From Octopus sinensis (Eukaryota): a stretch of DNA of 64,000 nucleotides. Shown here piece after piece: positions 25,612 through 38,247 of this stretch. A model generated the notes under the pieces. It worked only from the letters and a program-made list of their open reading frames with translations. It searched no databases and was not told where the DNA came from. The position numbers and the translations under genes were made by a program. The number at the start of each line of letters is the position of its first letter. Position 1 is the first letter of the stretch. Location of the stretch: assembly GCF_006345805.1 (NCBI RefSeq), contig NC_042997.1, positions 83,576,001 to 83,640,000 of the forward strand, written 5' to 3'.

Positions 25612-25653
<42 letters not shown>

Positions 25654-25951
25654 AACACAGATATATATATATATATATATATAATATATATATATATACA
25701 TACATATGATTGATTGATTGATTCTAGTTTCAGCTTATGAGCTGTGGCCATGCTGGGGCACCGCCATTTATGTATATACAAATATATATATACATATACA
25801 TACATATACATATACATATACATACACACACACATATATATATACGTGTATATATATATATACATATGTATATATATATATATACATATGTATATCTATA
25901 TATATATGTATATACATATTTATATATATGTATGTATACATATATATATAT

Positions 25952-26091
25952 GTATCTTTCTGTTGAAGAGCGTAGGCTCGAAACGTAAAAGACTTGTTTT
26001 ATTTATATTCCTGAGCGCCATACTAATACAATTGTTTGTTTGTATTCCACCTGCCTTCGTCTTTTGTTTATTTTCATAAAGCTTCCCGTTA
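25952..26091 (+). mobile_element. Penelope terminal-repeat fragment with intact variant hammerhead (25955-25992)
   Basis: TCTTT-CTGTTGA-A-GAGC-gtag-GCTC-GAAAC-GTA-AAAGA...gcttcccgtta, embedded in (TA)n. Confidence 0.85.
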
Positions 26092-26125
26092 TACATATAT
26101 ATATATGTATATACATATATGTATG

Positions 26126-26157
<32 letters not shown>

Positions 26158-26254
26158 CATATATATATGTATACATATATTTATATATACATATATATAT
26201 ATATATGTATATACATATATATATGTATACATATATTTATATATATGTATATAC

Positions 26255-26285
<31 letters not shown>

Positions 26286-26287
26286 CA

Positions 26288-28260
26288 TGTCATCATCATC
26301 ATCATCGTTTAACGTCCGTTTTCCGCGCTAGCACGGGTTGGACGGTTTCGACTGGGGTCTGGGGAGCTAGGGACTGCCCCAGGCTCCAGTCTAGTCTGGC
26401 AGTGTTTCTACAGCTGGATGCCCTTCCTAACGCCAACCACTCCGCGAGTGTAGTGGGTGTTTTTTACGTGCCACCTGCACAGGTGCCAGAGGGGTCTGGC
26501 ATCGGCCACGTTCGGATGGTGCTTTTTATGTGGGGGGGGGTGCAGAAATATAGGGGAGCACCAGTGGGGAGGGGTGGTTCAGGGAAATGATGGCAGGTTC
26601 TAGGCAAGTAGAACGTAGGATATCAAGAGAGGGGTAATGCATGGTGAAATAGCGTATTGAAGAGGGGTTCGAAGAGTAGACACCTATAATGGTGGTGGGA
26701 GAAGCGACATCCGGTATAGATGGAGCAAAAATATAGAGATATTCGGTATTGGTATTGGTATTGGTGGTGGTGGTGGGGGTGGGTGGGGGGGGGGCAGGGC
26801 GGGTGCACCGCGAATACACGATGGTTGATTATAGTCGAGAGGAGAAATGGATAAATTAGTTAAATAATTAGATAGATAGAAAAATTAGATAAAAATAGTT
26901 AGATAGATAAGAAAGCATGTATGATCGATCGAGAAGTGAAAATAAATAAGCATTCAAACTTATCTGCGCTCGGGTGCTAGATGAATGAATGAGAGAGCAA
27001 TGTTGGGGCTGCCTTTTTTAAGTAAAAATTGTCCGGAAGAGGAATTTTTGGACAAGGCGGAAGTGTATTAAAGGAACAGGCTTCAAGATGGCGGATTGTA
27101 GTCGAGAGGAGAAATGGATAAATTAGTTAAATAGTCGAGAGGAGAAATGGATAAATTAGTTAAATAATTAGATAGATAGAAAAATTAGATAAAAATAGTT
27201 AGATAGATAAGAAAGCATGTATGATCGATCGAGAAGTGAAAATAAATAAGCATTCAGACTTATCTGCGCTCGGGTGCTAGATGACAACCACTCCGCGAGT
27301 GGAGTGGGTGCTTTTTACGTGCCACCTGCACAGGTGCCAGGGTGGGTCTGGCATCGATCACGATCGGTTCGAGCTTTTAACGTGCCAGCGGCACGGAAGC
27401 CAGCCAAGGCAGCGCTGGCATCGGTCACGTTCGGATGGTGCTTTTTGGGGGTGCAGGTAATATAGGGAAGCACCAGTGGGGAGCGTTGGGGTGAGGAACG
27501 ATGACAGCTAGGGTTGATGCAGGTTCGTAGGAAATAAAACGTAGGACTTCACGAGTGGGGGAGGTGACTGGAAGGAGATAGCCGGTTGAGGCAGTGACAG
27601 ATTCGAAAACAGGAGGAAACGTAGGATAGGTGGGGGGGGGCTGATGAGCTGCGGCGCTAGTTGCTTGTCTTGGTGGGGGGGTAACACACAGTGAAAGCAT
27701 GTGAGGAGGAGGGGTAGGAGGGAGAGACACGCATAATGGTGGTGAGGGAGTGCATATCCGGTGTAGATGGTGTGAACGGTGAGAACAGTGTTCACCGGTA
27801 TTGGTGGTGGGGGTGAGAACAGTGTTCACCGGTATTGGTGGTGGGGGTGGGAAAGGGCGGGCGCACCGCGAATGGTGAAGATCGAATTAAAGGATTGAAG
27901 GTTCTTTAGAGAAACGGGCGGGAATGGCGATGTTTTTTAGGGTGGCAAAGAGAAAGAAAAGGAAAGCAAAGCAGATTGGTGGTTATAAGTTCAAAACATT
28001 TAAACGGTAGACAAATGTATGTATGTATGTATGAAAAAGAAGGGAGAAAATCTTCTTAGCTTGCTTATGGACATCGCTGTAAGTCGGAGAAGAAATGATA
28101 GTGAATGGTGAAGATCGAATTGAAGGATTGAAGGTTCTTTAGAGAAACGGGCGGGAATGGCGATGTTTTTTAGGGTGGCAAAGAGAAAGAAAAGGAAAGC
28201 AAAGCAGATTGGTGGTTATAAGTTCAAAACATTTAAACGGTAGACAAATGTATGTATGTA
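26288..28260 (-). mobile_element. Composite: two diverged copies of a C-rich module fused to RTE 3' ends, with local duplications
   Basis: 26530-26820 and 27450-27870 share motifs; 153-bp duplication 26832-26984/27132-27284; ~157-bp duplication 27871-28030/28104-28260. Confidence 0.55.
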
Positions 28261-28266
28261 TATATA

Positions 28267-28307
<41 letters not shown>

Positions 28308-28311
28308 TATA

Positions 28312-28675
28312 CATCATCATCATCATCGTCTAACGTCTGCTTTCCATGCTAGCATGGGTTGGACAAATGACTGAGGGCTGGCGAACCAGATGGCTGCACC
28401 AGGCTTCAATCTTGATCTGGCAGAGTTTCTACAGCTGGATGCCCTTCCTAACGCCAACCACTCTGAGAGTGTAGTGGGTGCTTTTTCGTGTGACCGTAAT
28501 GGGGCCAGTCAGGCGCTACTGACAACGACCTCGCTCGAATCTTTTACACATGCCACCAGCACAGGTGCCTGTAAGGCGATGCTGGTAACGATCACGCTTG
28601 AATGGTGTCTTTTGCGTATCACCGGCATAGAGGCCAGATAGCCGCTCTGGCAATGATCACGCTCGGATGGTGCTA
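28312..28675 (-). mobile_element. RTE 3'UTR/tail copy
   Basis: Same tail consensus, (CAT)n at left. Confidence 0.8.
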
Positions 28676-28826
28676 TACACACACACACACACACACATTT
28701 GTAAAGATGCGAAGCTGAATATTGGTCAAAACTGATGAAGAAATATGGACCTTCTGTTTGTTTCCCATTAATTTTTACATTCAGTATACTTTACGTCATT
28801 TGTTTATACACATTTTTTCATTTATT

Positions 28827-28861
<35 letters not shown>

Positions 28862-29031
28862 AGATCATTGTGATATACATATGTATATATATATATGTGT
28901 GTGTGTGTGTGTATGTACAAATCACAACCAGCATATAAGTATTTGTATATATGTATAATTGTGTATATATATGTGTGTGTGTATGCATATATATACATAC
29001 ATGTGCACACACGTGGTGAGATATATATACA

Positions 29032-29064
<33 letters not shown>

Positions 29065-29799
29065 GTATCACATCCACCATCACCGCAGAAATAAATACAA
29101 CACCAACAACTATAGCACTAATGCTATAAGAATTTTCCTTGTTAACCCAGTCATCAACCTGAACAAGTTCTGCAGTTACATGGGAGGAGTAGCAGAAACA
29201 CCCCCACAGGGTGAGTAAAGTGATAATTACTTTTGCAGAAAGTTAGCCAAATTTTGCTTGTTTCTCTGAAATGTTTTCACTGTGAGATTCTTAACCTCCC
29301 AAAGCTTTTCTCCCCTGCCCTCCCACCATCTCCCTTTCCCACACTGTTAGTAACAGGTTGATAAGTGACTTCCTGGAGAGATTGCAGCACAGAAGAAAGG
29401 CTGAGGTGATGGAGAGGAAATGGACTTGATTGAAAATTAATAAATATAGTAATCACTAAACTGTATATAAGTATATAGTTAGTTTTCATTTGATATAGTT
29501 AGCCTTGGTATTTCTTACATCCTTAAACTATTGATTCTGGGAATAAACTGTTCTTCATTTACTGTTTAAATTCGTGAGAAGACCACCCAACAAACAAATT
29601 AATAAAAACAAGGGTGAACACTCAAATGGATACACACACACACATCAAATAAGTAACAAGGATATCAAGGTATTAGTGCATTACGGTTGTTTCAGGTGGC
29701 GCCATTAACTGGAGCCACATGAAAAGGTTGTAATGCACTAACACCCTGACATCCTTGTTACATATTTGCGTTACATATATATATATATATATTATATAT

Positions 29800-29866
<67 letters not shown>

Positions 29867-29870
29867 TATA

Positions 29871-30258
29871 TCATCATCATCATTGTTGTTTAATGTCCGC
29901 TTTCCATGCTAGCATGGGTTGGACGGTTTGACTGTAGGCTGGAGAACCAGATGGCTGCACCAGGCTCCAGTCTTGATCTGGCACAGTTTCTACAGCTGGA
30001 TGCCCTTCCTAATGCCAACCACTCTGAGAGTGTAGTGGGTGGTTTTACGTGCCACCGGCACAGGGGCTGGTCAGGCAGTACTGGCAACGACCTCGCTCAA
30101 ATTTCTTTTTTTTACACATGCCAACGGCACAGGTGCCAGTAAGGCGATGCTGGTAATGATTCCGCTCGAATGGTGCCTCTTCCATGCCACCGGCATGGAA
30201 GCCAGTTAGCTGCTCTGGCAACGATCATGCTCAGATGGTGCTCTTAGCACCCTACTAG
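29871..30258 (-). mobile_element. RTE 3'UTR/tail copy
   Basis: Same tail consensus, (CAT)n at left. Confidence 0.8.
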
Positions 30259-30299
30259 TACCCGAGATTCTGCTAGGTTCCTCACAGGCAAAGAACACA

Positions 30300-30547
30300 G
30301 GTAGCACGTAAAAAGCACCATCCAATCGTGGCCGTTTGCCAGCCTTGTCTGGCACCTGTGCAGGTGGCATGTAAAAAGCACCCACTACACTCACGGAGTG
30401 GTTGGCGTTAGGAAGGGCATCCAGCCATAGAAACATTGCCAGATCAGACTGGGCCTGGTGCAGCCTTCTGGCTTCCCAGACCCCAGTTGAACCATCCAAC
30501 CCACGCTAGCATGGAAAGCGGACGCTAAATGGTGATGATGATGATGA
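30300..30547 (+). mobile_element. RTE 3' tail copy
   Basis: Closely matches 5684-5935. Confidence 0.8.
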
Positions 30548-30576
30548 TAATATATATATATAACACATATATTATA

Positions 30577-30614
<38 letters not shown>

Positions 30615-30617
30615 TAT

Positions 30618-30679
<62 letters not shown>

Positions 30680-30685
30680 TATCAT

Positions 30686-30731
<46 letters not shown>

Positions 30732-31378
30732 TATATTATATATACATATCTATATATTATTATACATATTATTCATTATTATATATATACATATTATATT
30801 CATAATATATATAATATATTATAAATATAAATATATATATACACATATACATATTTATATAATATATATATATACATATATATTTATAAATATAGGTTGT
30901 CATAATAAAACTCGTTTTTGTTTATCTCAATAACTGATGAGATGCCGCAGCAGACTTCAGCCACGACATCTGAGTTTTATTATGACAACCAACTAATTGT
31001 CACATATTATATTTATAGATAAATTCCTCTATTTACATAATATTGAGGTCTCATTCATTCTTTTTGTTTCATATCAATATCATTAATATTATATATATAT
31101 ATATATAATACATATATATATATTTATATATATTATACTATATTATATATAATATATATATATATATATATATTATATATTATATATTAGTATACTTATT
31201 ATATATATATAATATATATTATATAATATATATATTATATATATCATATATATATATATATATATATTATATATTATATATTTATATATTATACTATATT
31301 ATATATATATATATATATATTATATATAGATATATATAATATATATATTATATATTTATATATATTATACTAATATTA

Positions 31379-31421
<43 letters not shown>

Positions 31422-31423
31422 TA

Positions 31424-31478
<55 letters not shown>

Positions 31479-32240
31479 CATATACATATATATTCATATT
31501 ATATATATAACATATATAGTTATAATATATATATATATACATATATATTCATATTATTATATACATATATATTCATATTATATATATACATATATATTCA
31601 TATTATATATATAACATATATTTATAATATATATATTATATATACATATATATTTATAATATATATATATAATATATATACATACACACATATTTATATT
31701 ATATATATACATATATATTTCTTTACTACCCACAAGGAACTAAACACAGAGGGGACAAACGGATTAAGTCGATTACATCGACCCCAGTGCGTAACTGGTA
31801 CTTAATTTATCGACCCCAAAAGGATGAAAGGCAAAGTCGACCTCAGAACGTAACGGCAGACGAAATATGGCTACGCATTTCGCCCAGCGTGCTAACGTTT
31901 CTGCCAGCTAGCCGCCTTAATATATACATGTATACATATATATTTATAATATATATATATATATATACATACATATTTATAATATATATATACATATATT
32001 TATATATATATATTGTACATATATATACATACATATTTATTAATATATATATATACATACATGTTTATATAATATATATATACATATTTATTAATATATA
32101 TATACATATTTATATAATATATATATACATATTTATATAATATATATATACTATTTATATAATATATTTATATACATATTTTTATAATATTTATATACAT
32201 ATTTATATAATATATGTATATATATATATATATATATGTG
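30548..32240. repeat. Large imperfect (TA)n satellite field with embedded elements
   Basis: Direct reading; interrupted at ~30895-31085 and 31717-31920. Confidence 0.9.
31717..31920 (-). mobile_element. tRNA-headed SINE family C
   Basis: Matches 60206-60431 (ctttactacccacaagg...aaaggatgaaaggcaaagtcgacc...gctaacgtttctgccagct). Confidence 0.8.
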
Positions 32241-32832
32241 TGTGTAATATTTTGGAAATGAGTATACATCAGTTTGTGTGCTCTTGTGTTGAGTAAAGCA
32301 CTGGTGCAGTTTGGGCTACTTGGCGTCGTCTGCAGTTCGGGTATATTTTCTTTGGATCTACTTCAGGAATTCCACAGTGTTAGTTGAGATAATAATTAAG
32401 TAAACAGAAGATAATTGTTATAACTCTTTATTTTGTATGACAATCGTTTCAACCCATCCTGCGATCGTCCTTTATGGGTGGCATGCTATGCATCATGTTA
32501 TGGTGCATCAATCTTGCAGTCTCAAACTCAAGATCTTTAGCAAGTCACCAATTCCATTTTCTGTCTACTTAAGTGATTACCATATATATATATATATATA
32601 TATTCTTTTATTGTTTTAATTGTTTCAGTCATTTGACTGCAGCCTTGCTGGAGCACCACCTTTAGTTAAAGAAATCGATCCCAGGTCTTTTCTAAGCCTA
32701 GTACTTACTCTATTAGTCACTTTTGCAGAACCGCTAAGTTACATGGATGTAAACACACCAACATCGCTTGTCAAGCAATGGTAGGGGGACAAACACAGAC
32801 ACACAAATACATACATACATTTTTTTTTTAAG

Positions 32833-33222
32833 TTTTACTTGTTTTAGTCATTAGACTGTGGCTATGCTGTGGCACTGCCTTGAAGAATTCTTAGTGGAAT
32901 GAATTGATCCCAATATTTATATTTTTTTAAAGCCTGGCTTAGTACTTATTCTAGTGGTCTTTTTTGCTGAACTACTAAGTTATAGGGATGTAAACACAGC
33001 AACGTCTGTTGTCACATGACTGTGGAGGACAAATACAGACACAAAGACACACACATATATACAATGGGCTTCTTTCAGTTTCTATCTACCAAATCCACTC
33101 ACAAGGCATTGGTCAGCCTGAGGCTATAGTAGAAGACACTTACCCAAGGTGCCATGTAGTTGGACTGAATCCAGAAACATGTGGTTGGAAAGCAAACTTC
33201 TTTACCACACAGCCACACTTGC
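32833..33222 (-). mobile_element. SINE family A, full length
   Basis: Colinear with 55622-56031. Confidence 0.8.
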
Positions 33223-33267
33223 AACTACATAATATATATCCTTCTGTTGGTGTGAAGCACACATGGC

Positions 33268-33615
33268 AACACCATGTAAAAGCATCTGGGTGGTGCCACA
33301 TAAAAATGCACGTGTGGTGCCACATAAAAGCGCCTGTGTGGTGCCACTTAAAACCACCTGCGTGTCACCATGTAAAAGTGTCCATGTGACGTCACATAAA
33401 AGCACCCATGTGATGCCATGTAAAAATGCCCATAAGACACCATGTAAAAGCACCCAGCACACTCTGGAAAGCAGTTGGTGTAAAGAAGGGCATCCAACTG
33501 TAGAAACCATGCCAAATCAGACTGGAGTCTAGTGCTGCTCCTCAGCTTGCCAGCTCTGGTCAAACTGTCCATCTCATGTGAGCATGGACAACGAATGTTA
33601 AATGATGATGATGAT
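33268..33615 (+). mobile_element. RTE 3' tail preceded by a ~24-bp tandem array (gtggtgccacgtaaaagcacc-like, ~8 units)
   Basis: Array at 33268-33452 runs directly into cacactctggaaagcagttggtgtaaagaagggcatcc...gatgatg. Confidence 0.7.
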
Positions 33616-35008
33616 ATATATTGAATTGATAACTTCTGTATCTTGTTGAAAGCAAGCATACTGTCGCATCACTAAGTAGGTATCATAATTTTATATGCTA
33701 GAAATCATATTGATAAGTTATACTGTTCATGTACTTATGAATGTATTAGTATGATGGGTGAGAAAATGTCAAAAAGGCAGATAGAGACAATTAGTGCTCA
33801 GACTGGACCAGATGTCTGATGTCCAATGTCAGATGAAGGGAGACGGAATCCAGGCAAACAAGAGTTCATTATAAGTAATGTACTGGTTGATTTAATTAAA
33901 GTTTAATTATATAAAAAAACAGTTCCAAAGCATTCACAAAATAAACAGAAGTCATAAAGTAGAAAAACAGGAAAATCAGGAGAGTGAGAGTTAATAGTAC
34001 TGACTAATTGCTTGCTTGATTGATTGATTGACTGACTGACTGACTGGATGAACAGATGGACGGACAGATATATAGATAGACAAACAGACAGATAGATAGA
34101 TATCCTAAAAGTTCATACTCTAATATTACTGATGAAAATCAGGTGGATCTGAGTAGTCCATTGTAGTAGTGCTGGCTATTTTATAAATGCTTTGATGTCA
34201 TAAACAATCACACGTCTAACTCATATTTTATTTTAGTTTACAGATATTAGTAAACATGGATTGCCACATGGCCAAATGGTTAAAACATCTGCTTAGCAAT
34301 TACAAAATCTTGAGTTTGACCAAACTGCATGACATCTTGAGCAAATGTCCTTTTAATGTACTCTCAGGCTAACCTTAGCTTTGTGAGTGAATTCATTGGA
34401 TAGATGGAAACTATGCAAAAGCACAGATTGATTGTACTTGTAATTCATTGGCCCAACTTTGCTACACACCATGTCATGCTGATTCTGCCCAAGAATTACA
34501 TTAAAGGCATACATGTCTGTGGAATACTCAACTACTTACATGCTAAGGTAGTTCTGCTGATTCAACAACTAAAAATCAAAGATCTAGTTTACTTCACACA
34601 GTAAACCTCAGTGAAAGTGAAAGGCTTCAGTTGAGAATTGAAATAAAGATATGAGTCTCAGTTTCTTTACTTTCAAATTGTTTAGTCCAATGATTTTTCA
34701 ACCATTTTTTTTTTACCTATGGACCTCCTTAATTCCTATTCTACTCTACTGGACTTCCATAACTATTTGATGTATATAAAAAGAAATTCTAGTGTATTTT
34801 AAAATTAAGCAGTGGTGAGGGATAAACACACACACACACACATATGGGAATGATAGGGTTTTTTCAGTTTCTGTCTACCATGGCCACTCACAAACCTTTG
34901 GTCAACCTGAGGCTATAGTAGAAGATACTTGCCAAAGGTGCCATACAGTGGGACTGAATCTGGAAAGCAAACTTCTTACCACAGAGCCACACCTGTGCCT
35001 AGTGTGTA

Positions 35009-35065
<57 letters not shown>

Positions 35066-35925
35066 CCTTTTGGCTAAGATCAGAGTATAGTGGTTGTATG
35101 ATAAGAAGTCTGCTTCTCAACCATATGGTTCTGTGTTCAGTCCCACAGTATGGCATCATGGGTAAGTGTCTTCTGGGACTTCCTCGGGCAGACCAAAGCC
35201 TTGTGAGCAGTATTTAGTAGATAGAAACTAAGAAGAAGTTAATTTTATGTGTATGTGAATATGTGTATATATACATGCATATGTGCGTGTGTCTTTGAGT
35301 GTGTACTCGTGTGTCTTTGTCTCAACATTACATGATAGTTGTAAATGGGTGTCACAGTCATACAAGCAGTGTCATTCATATCAAATATTCTGTGAAAATA
35401 TGTGTGAGCATGGTAGAATATTAGCATGCTTGGAAACAGGTGTAAGTTGGCAACAAGAAGGTCATCTGATTGTAGAAAATCTGTCCGACACATAGTCATG
35501 GAAAAGTGGACATTAAATGACAATTAAATGATGATGATTACACACACACACACACACACACCTTATGCAAAGATGGCCAAATTGAATGGTTAAGAATTAG
35601 CTTCACAATTATGATGTCACAGTTTCAATTCCACAGCATAACATCTTGGGAAAGTACTTGGGTTGATGAATAAATTATGAATGAAATTGTTTAGAAGCCA
35701 ATCACATGATTTGTACCTACAAGTCAAAGCTCAACTTTGTCAAAGTGTGTCATGCTAATTTTGTCTGGGAATTACATTACTGGTACAATTAAACTATAAT
35801 TTAATGAGCTTGGTAGTCTAATTGATCAAACAACTGAAAACACAGGCCTGGAATTTCTGACAGAGATGCACTTATAAATGTATGTATGTATATGTGTGTG
35901 TGTGTGTATACATATACATATATAC

Positions 35926-35992
<67 letters not shown>

Positions 35993-36184
35993 TACAGACA
36001 TATATATATACACACATATATATACGACAGGCTTCTTTCAGTTTCCGACTACCAAATCCACTCACAAGGCTTTAGTCGGCCCGAGGCTATAGTAGAAGAT
36101 GCTTGCCCAAGGTGCCACACAGTGGGACTGAACCCAGAACCATGTGGTTTGTAAGCAAGCTACTTACCACACAGCCACTCCTAC

Positions 36185-36223
<39 letters not shown>

Positions 36224-36597
36224 CATACATATATATAAATACACATATACATATATATACATACACACACAAACACACACATATATATATATATATATAG
36301 ATAGATAGAAAGAGAGAAAGAGAAAGGGAGGGAGAGATACTCACATACATACATACTTGTATGTAATGATTATTATTATTATTATTAATGCAATGAGCTG
36401 GCAGAATTGTTAGCATGTTGGGCAAAAAATGCTTAGCAGCATCTCATCTAACCTTATGTTCTGAGTTCAAATTCCACTGAGGTTGACAATCCTTTTGGGG
36501 TTGATAATATAAGTGCCAGTTGAAAATTGGGGTCAATGTATTGACTTTTTCCTTTCTCTGCCCATAACTGCTGGCCTTGTACCAAAATTTGAAACAA

Positions 36598-36599
<2 letters not shown>

Positions 36600-36644
<45 letters not shown>

Positions 36645-37190
36645 GAGTGAGAGAGCAGTGTATGCCATCAAAGTAACACTGGGATACAAAGCCCAATATA
36701 CCCATCATGGCTACCCATCTGATAAGAGTACACCAGGCACATGCATCACAACCATATGTGCGTGACATGCTGATCTCATATCAAGATAAACAGCGCATGA
36801 CCTTGCAGGAGGGGCCCAATTAGAATTTTCTTCAGGTCAAGTAGCCCATCCTGTTCAAAAGGTCCCTGAATGTTTGTTTTGAGGATGATGAATAAAACAC
36901 CCATGTTTCTAGAGGTGAATTATTCAAATCCCAAAGAATTCCTCTCAACACATGGCTATGATGCTCTTACACTTCTACTCACAATCAGAGATGCGCATAT
37001 CGTCAGCCACTAAGGGACATGGTCAACTGATTAAAGTCAAACAACTGACAAGCAAACCTGTGGTATTGAGCAGAATATTTGCTGTAGCCCATCTTTTATG
37101 CCAAGACAAAACAACGTACAGGATACTTCTAATCAGTTAAGATCAAAAGCCATGAGAGCCACTGACTGGTACTGCATCAGGGCATTTATC
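36600..37190 (-). mobile_element. Unassigned interspersed repeat ending in an (AAT)n tail
   Basis: Complex ~550-bp sequence with a sharp boundary at an (ATT)n tract; retroposon 3' end inferred. Confidence 0.35.
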
Positions 37191-38202
37191 ATTATTATAA
37201 TTATTGTTATTAATGCATTGAGCTGGCAGAATCCTTAGTGCATCAAACAAATTGTTTAGCAGTGTTTCTTCTAGCTCTTTAGGTACTGAGTTCAAATCCC
37301 GTCAAGGTCAATTTGTCTTTCATCGTTTTGTATGTGTGTGGGTGGGGGCAGGTCGATAAGATAAAATGCCAATGAAGTACCGGAGTTATTGTAATCAACT
37401 ATCCCCAACTCTTTAAAATTGCTGGCCTTGTGCCAAAATCAGAAATAACAACAAGAACAACAACAACAATAATAATTATTATTATTATCATTATTTTGTA
37501 ATGGAAAAGGAAGCACTATTAAAGTCTATAAAAGTTTTGCAGGTGTTCAATGGAAGGAAATGTTAAAAGGAAAACAGGAAAAATAACTACAGATAAATAA
37601 ATATGTAAATAGATAAAAAAAACTTCAATAATAACATCAACGAAGGAATAAGATAAACAGAATTGCTAAATAAACTTGATAAAACAGTACAAAAATACAG
37701 AACAAAACATAGTTATATAAATGTCTTATCTGTTTTCAACTCCAATCATTTAAGCATCTGCATGCAAGTCTAACACCAAAGCATATCAATTGGGCGATTT
37801 ACTGCTATTTCGTATTTATTTTTTCAATTCTATCTTCAATTCTCTCCTTCCTCTCTGCCTATCTTGCCCTCACACACAGATATACATGCACACATACACA
37901 CACACGTACACAAAGATATATGTGTGTGCACAAATAAAATCAAATGGTTACTTCACTGCAGAGAAAAGATTTTTAAATTTTAAAAGTTGTCTTATATAAA
38001 TAATGTATGTATGTGTGTAAATACAAATATGTGTAGAGGTATGAATAGAGATGTTTTTATTTGTGTAGATGTAGGTATGTACATAAATGTATCTATGTGT
38101 GTAAATGAGTGTGTGTTGATTTATGTAACTGTGTACATGTATGTAGATGTATGTATTCCCAAGATATCAACTATACTTTTTAAATGTGTATGTGTGCATG
38201 TC

Positions 38203-38247
<45 letters not shown>

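Larger units (their letters stand above)
25160..25617. repeat. Perfect 220-bp inverted duplication with 18-bp spacer
   Basis: 25160-25379 is the exact reverse complement of 25398-25617; identical ORFs appear on both strands in the ORF track. Confidence 0.95.

Noticed and set aside
28725-28770. CTGATGA followed by an AGAA/TTCT stem
   Set aside because: No GAAA or stem III, so not a hammerhead. The same applies to the CTGATGA hits near 7210, 7462, 27641 and 34129 and the weak TTGATGA near 50600.
32430-32530. Minus-strand GAAAC-gatt-GTC resembling the 3' half of the 25492 hammerhead
   Set aside because: No CUGANGA core or stem I partner at the right position; at most an unrecognisable relic.
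33268-33452. CRISPR-like array of ~24-bp repeats
   Set aside because: No unique spacers, degenerate units, eukaryotic context and no cas genes; it derives from the RTE 3'UTR.
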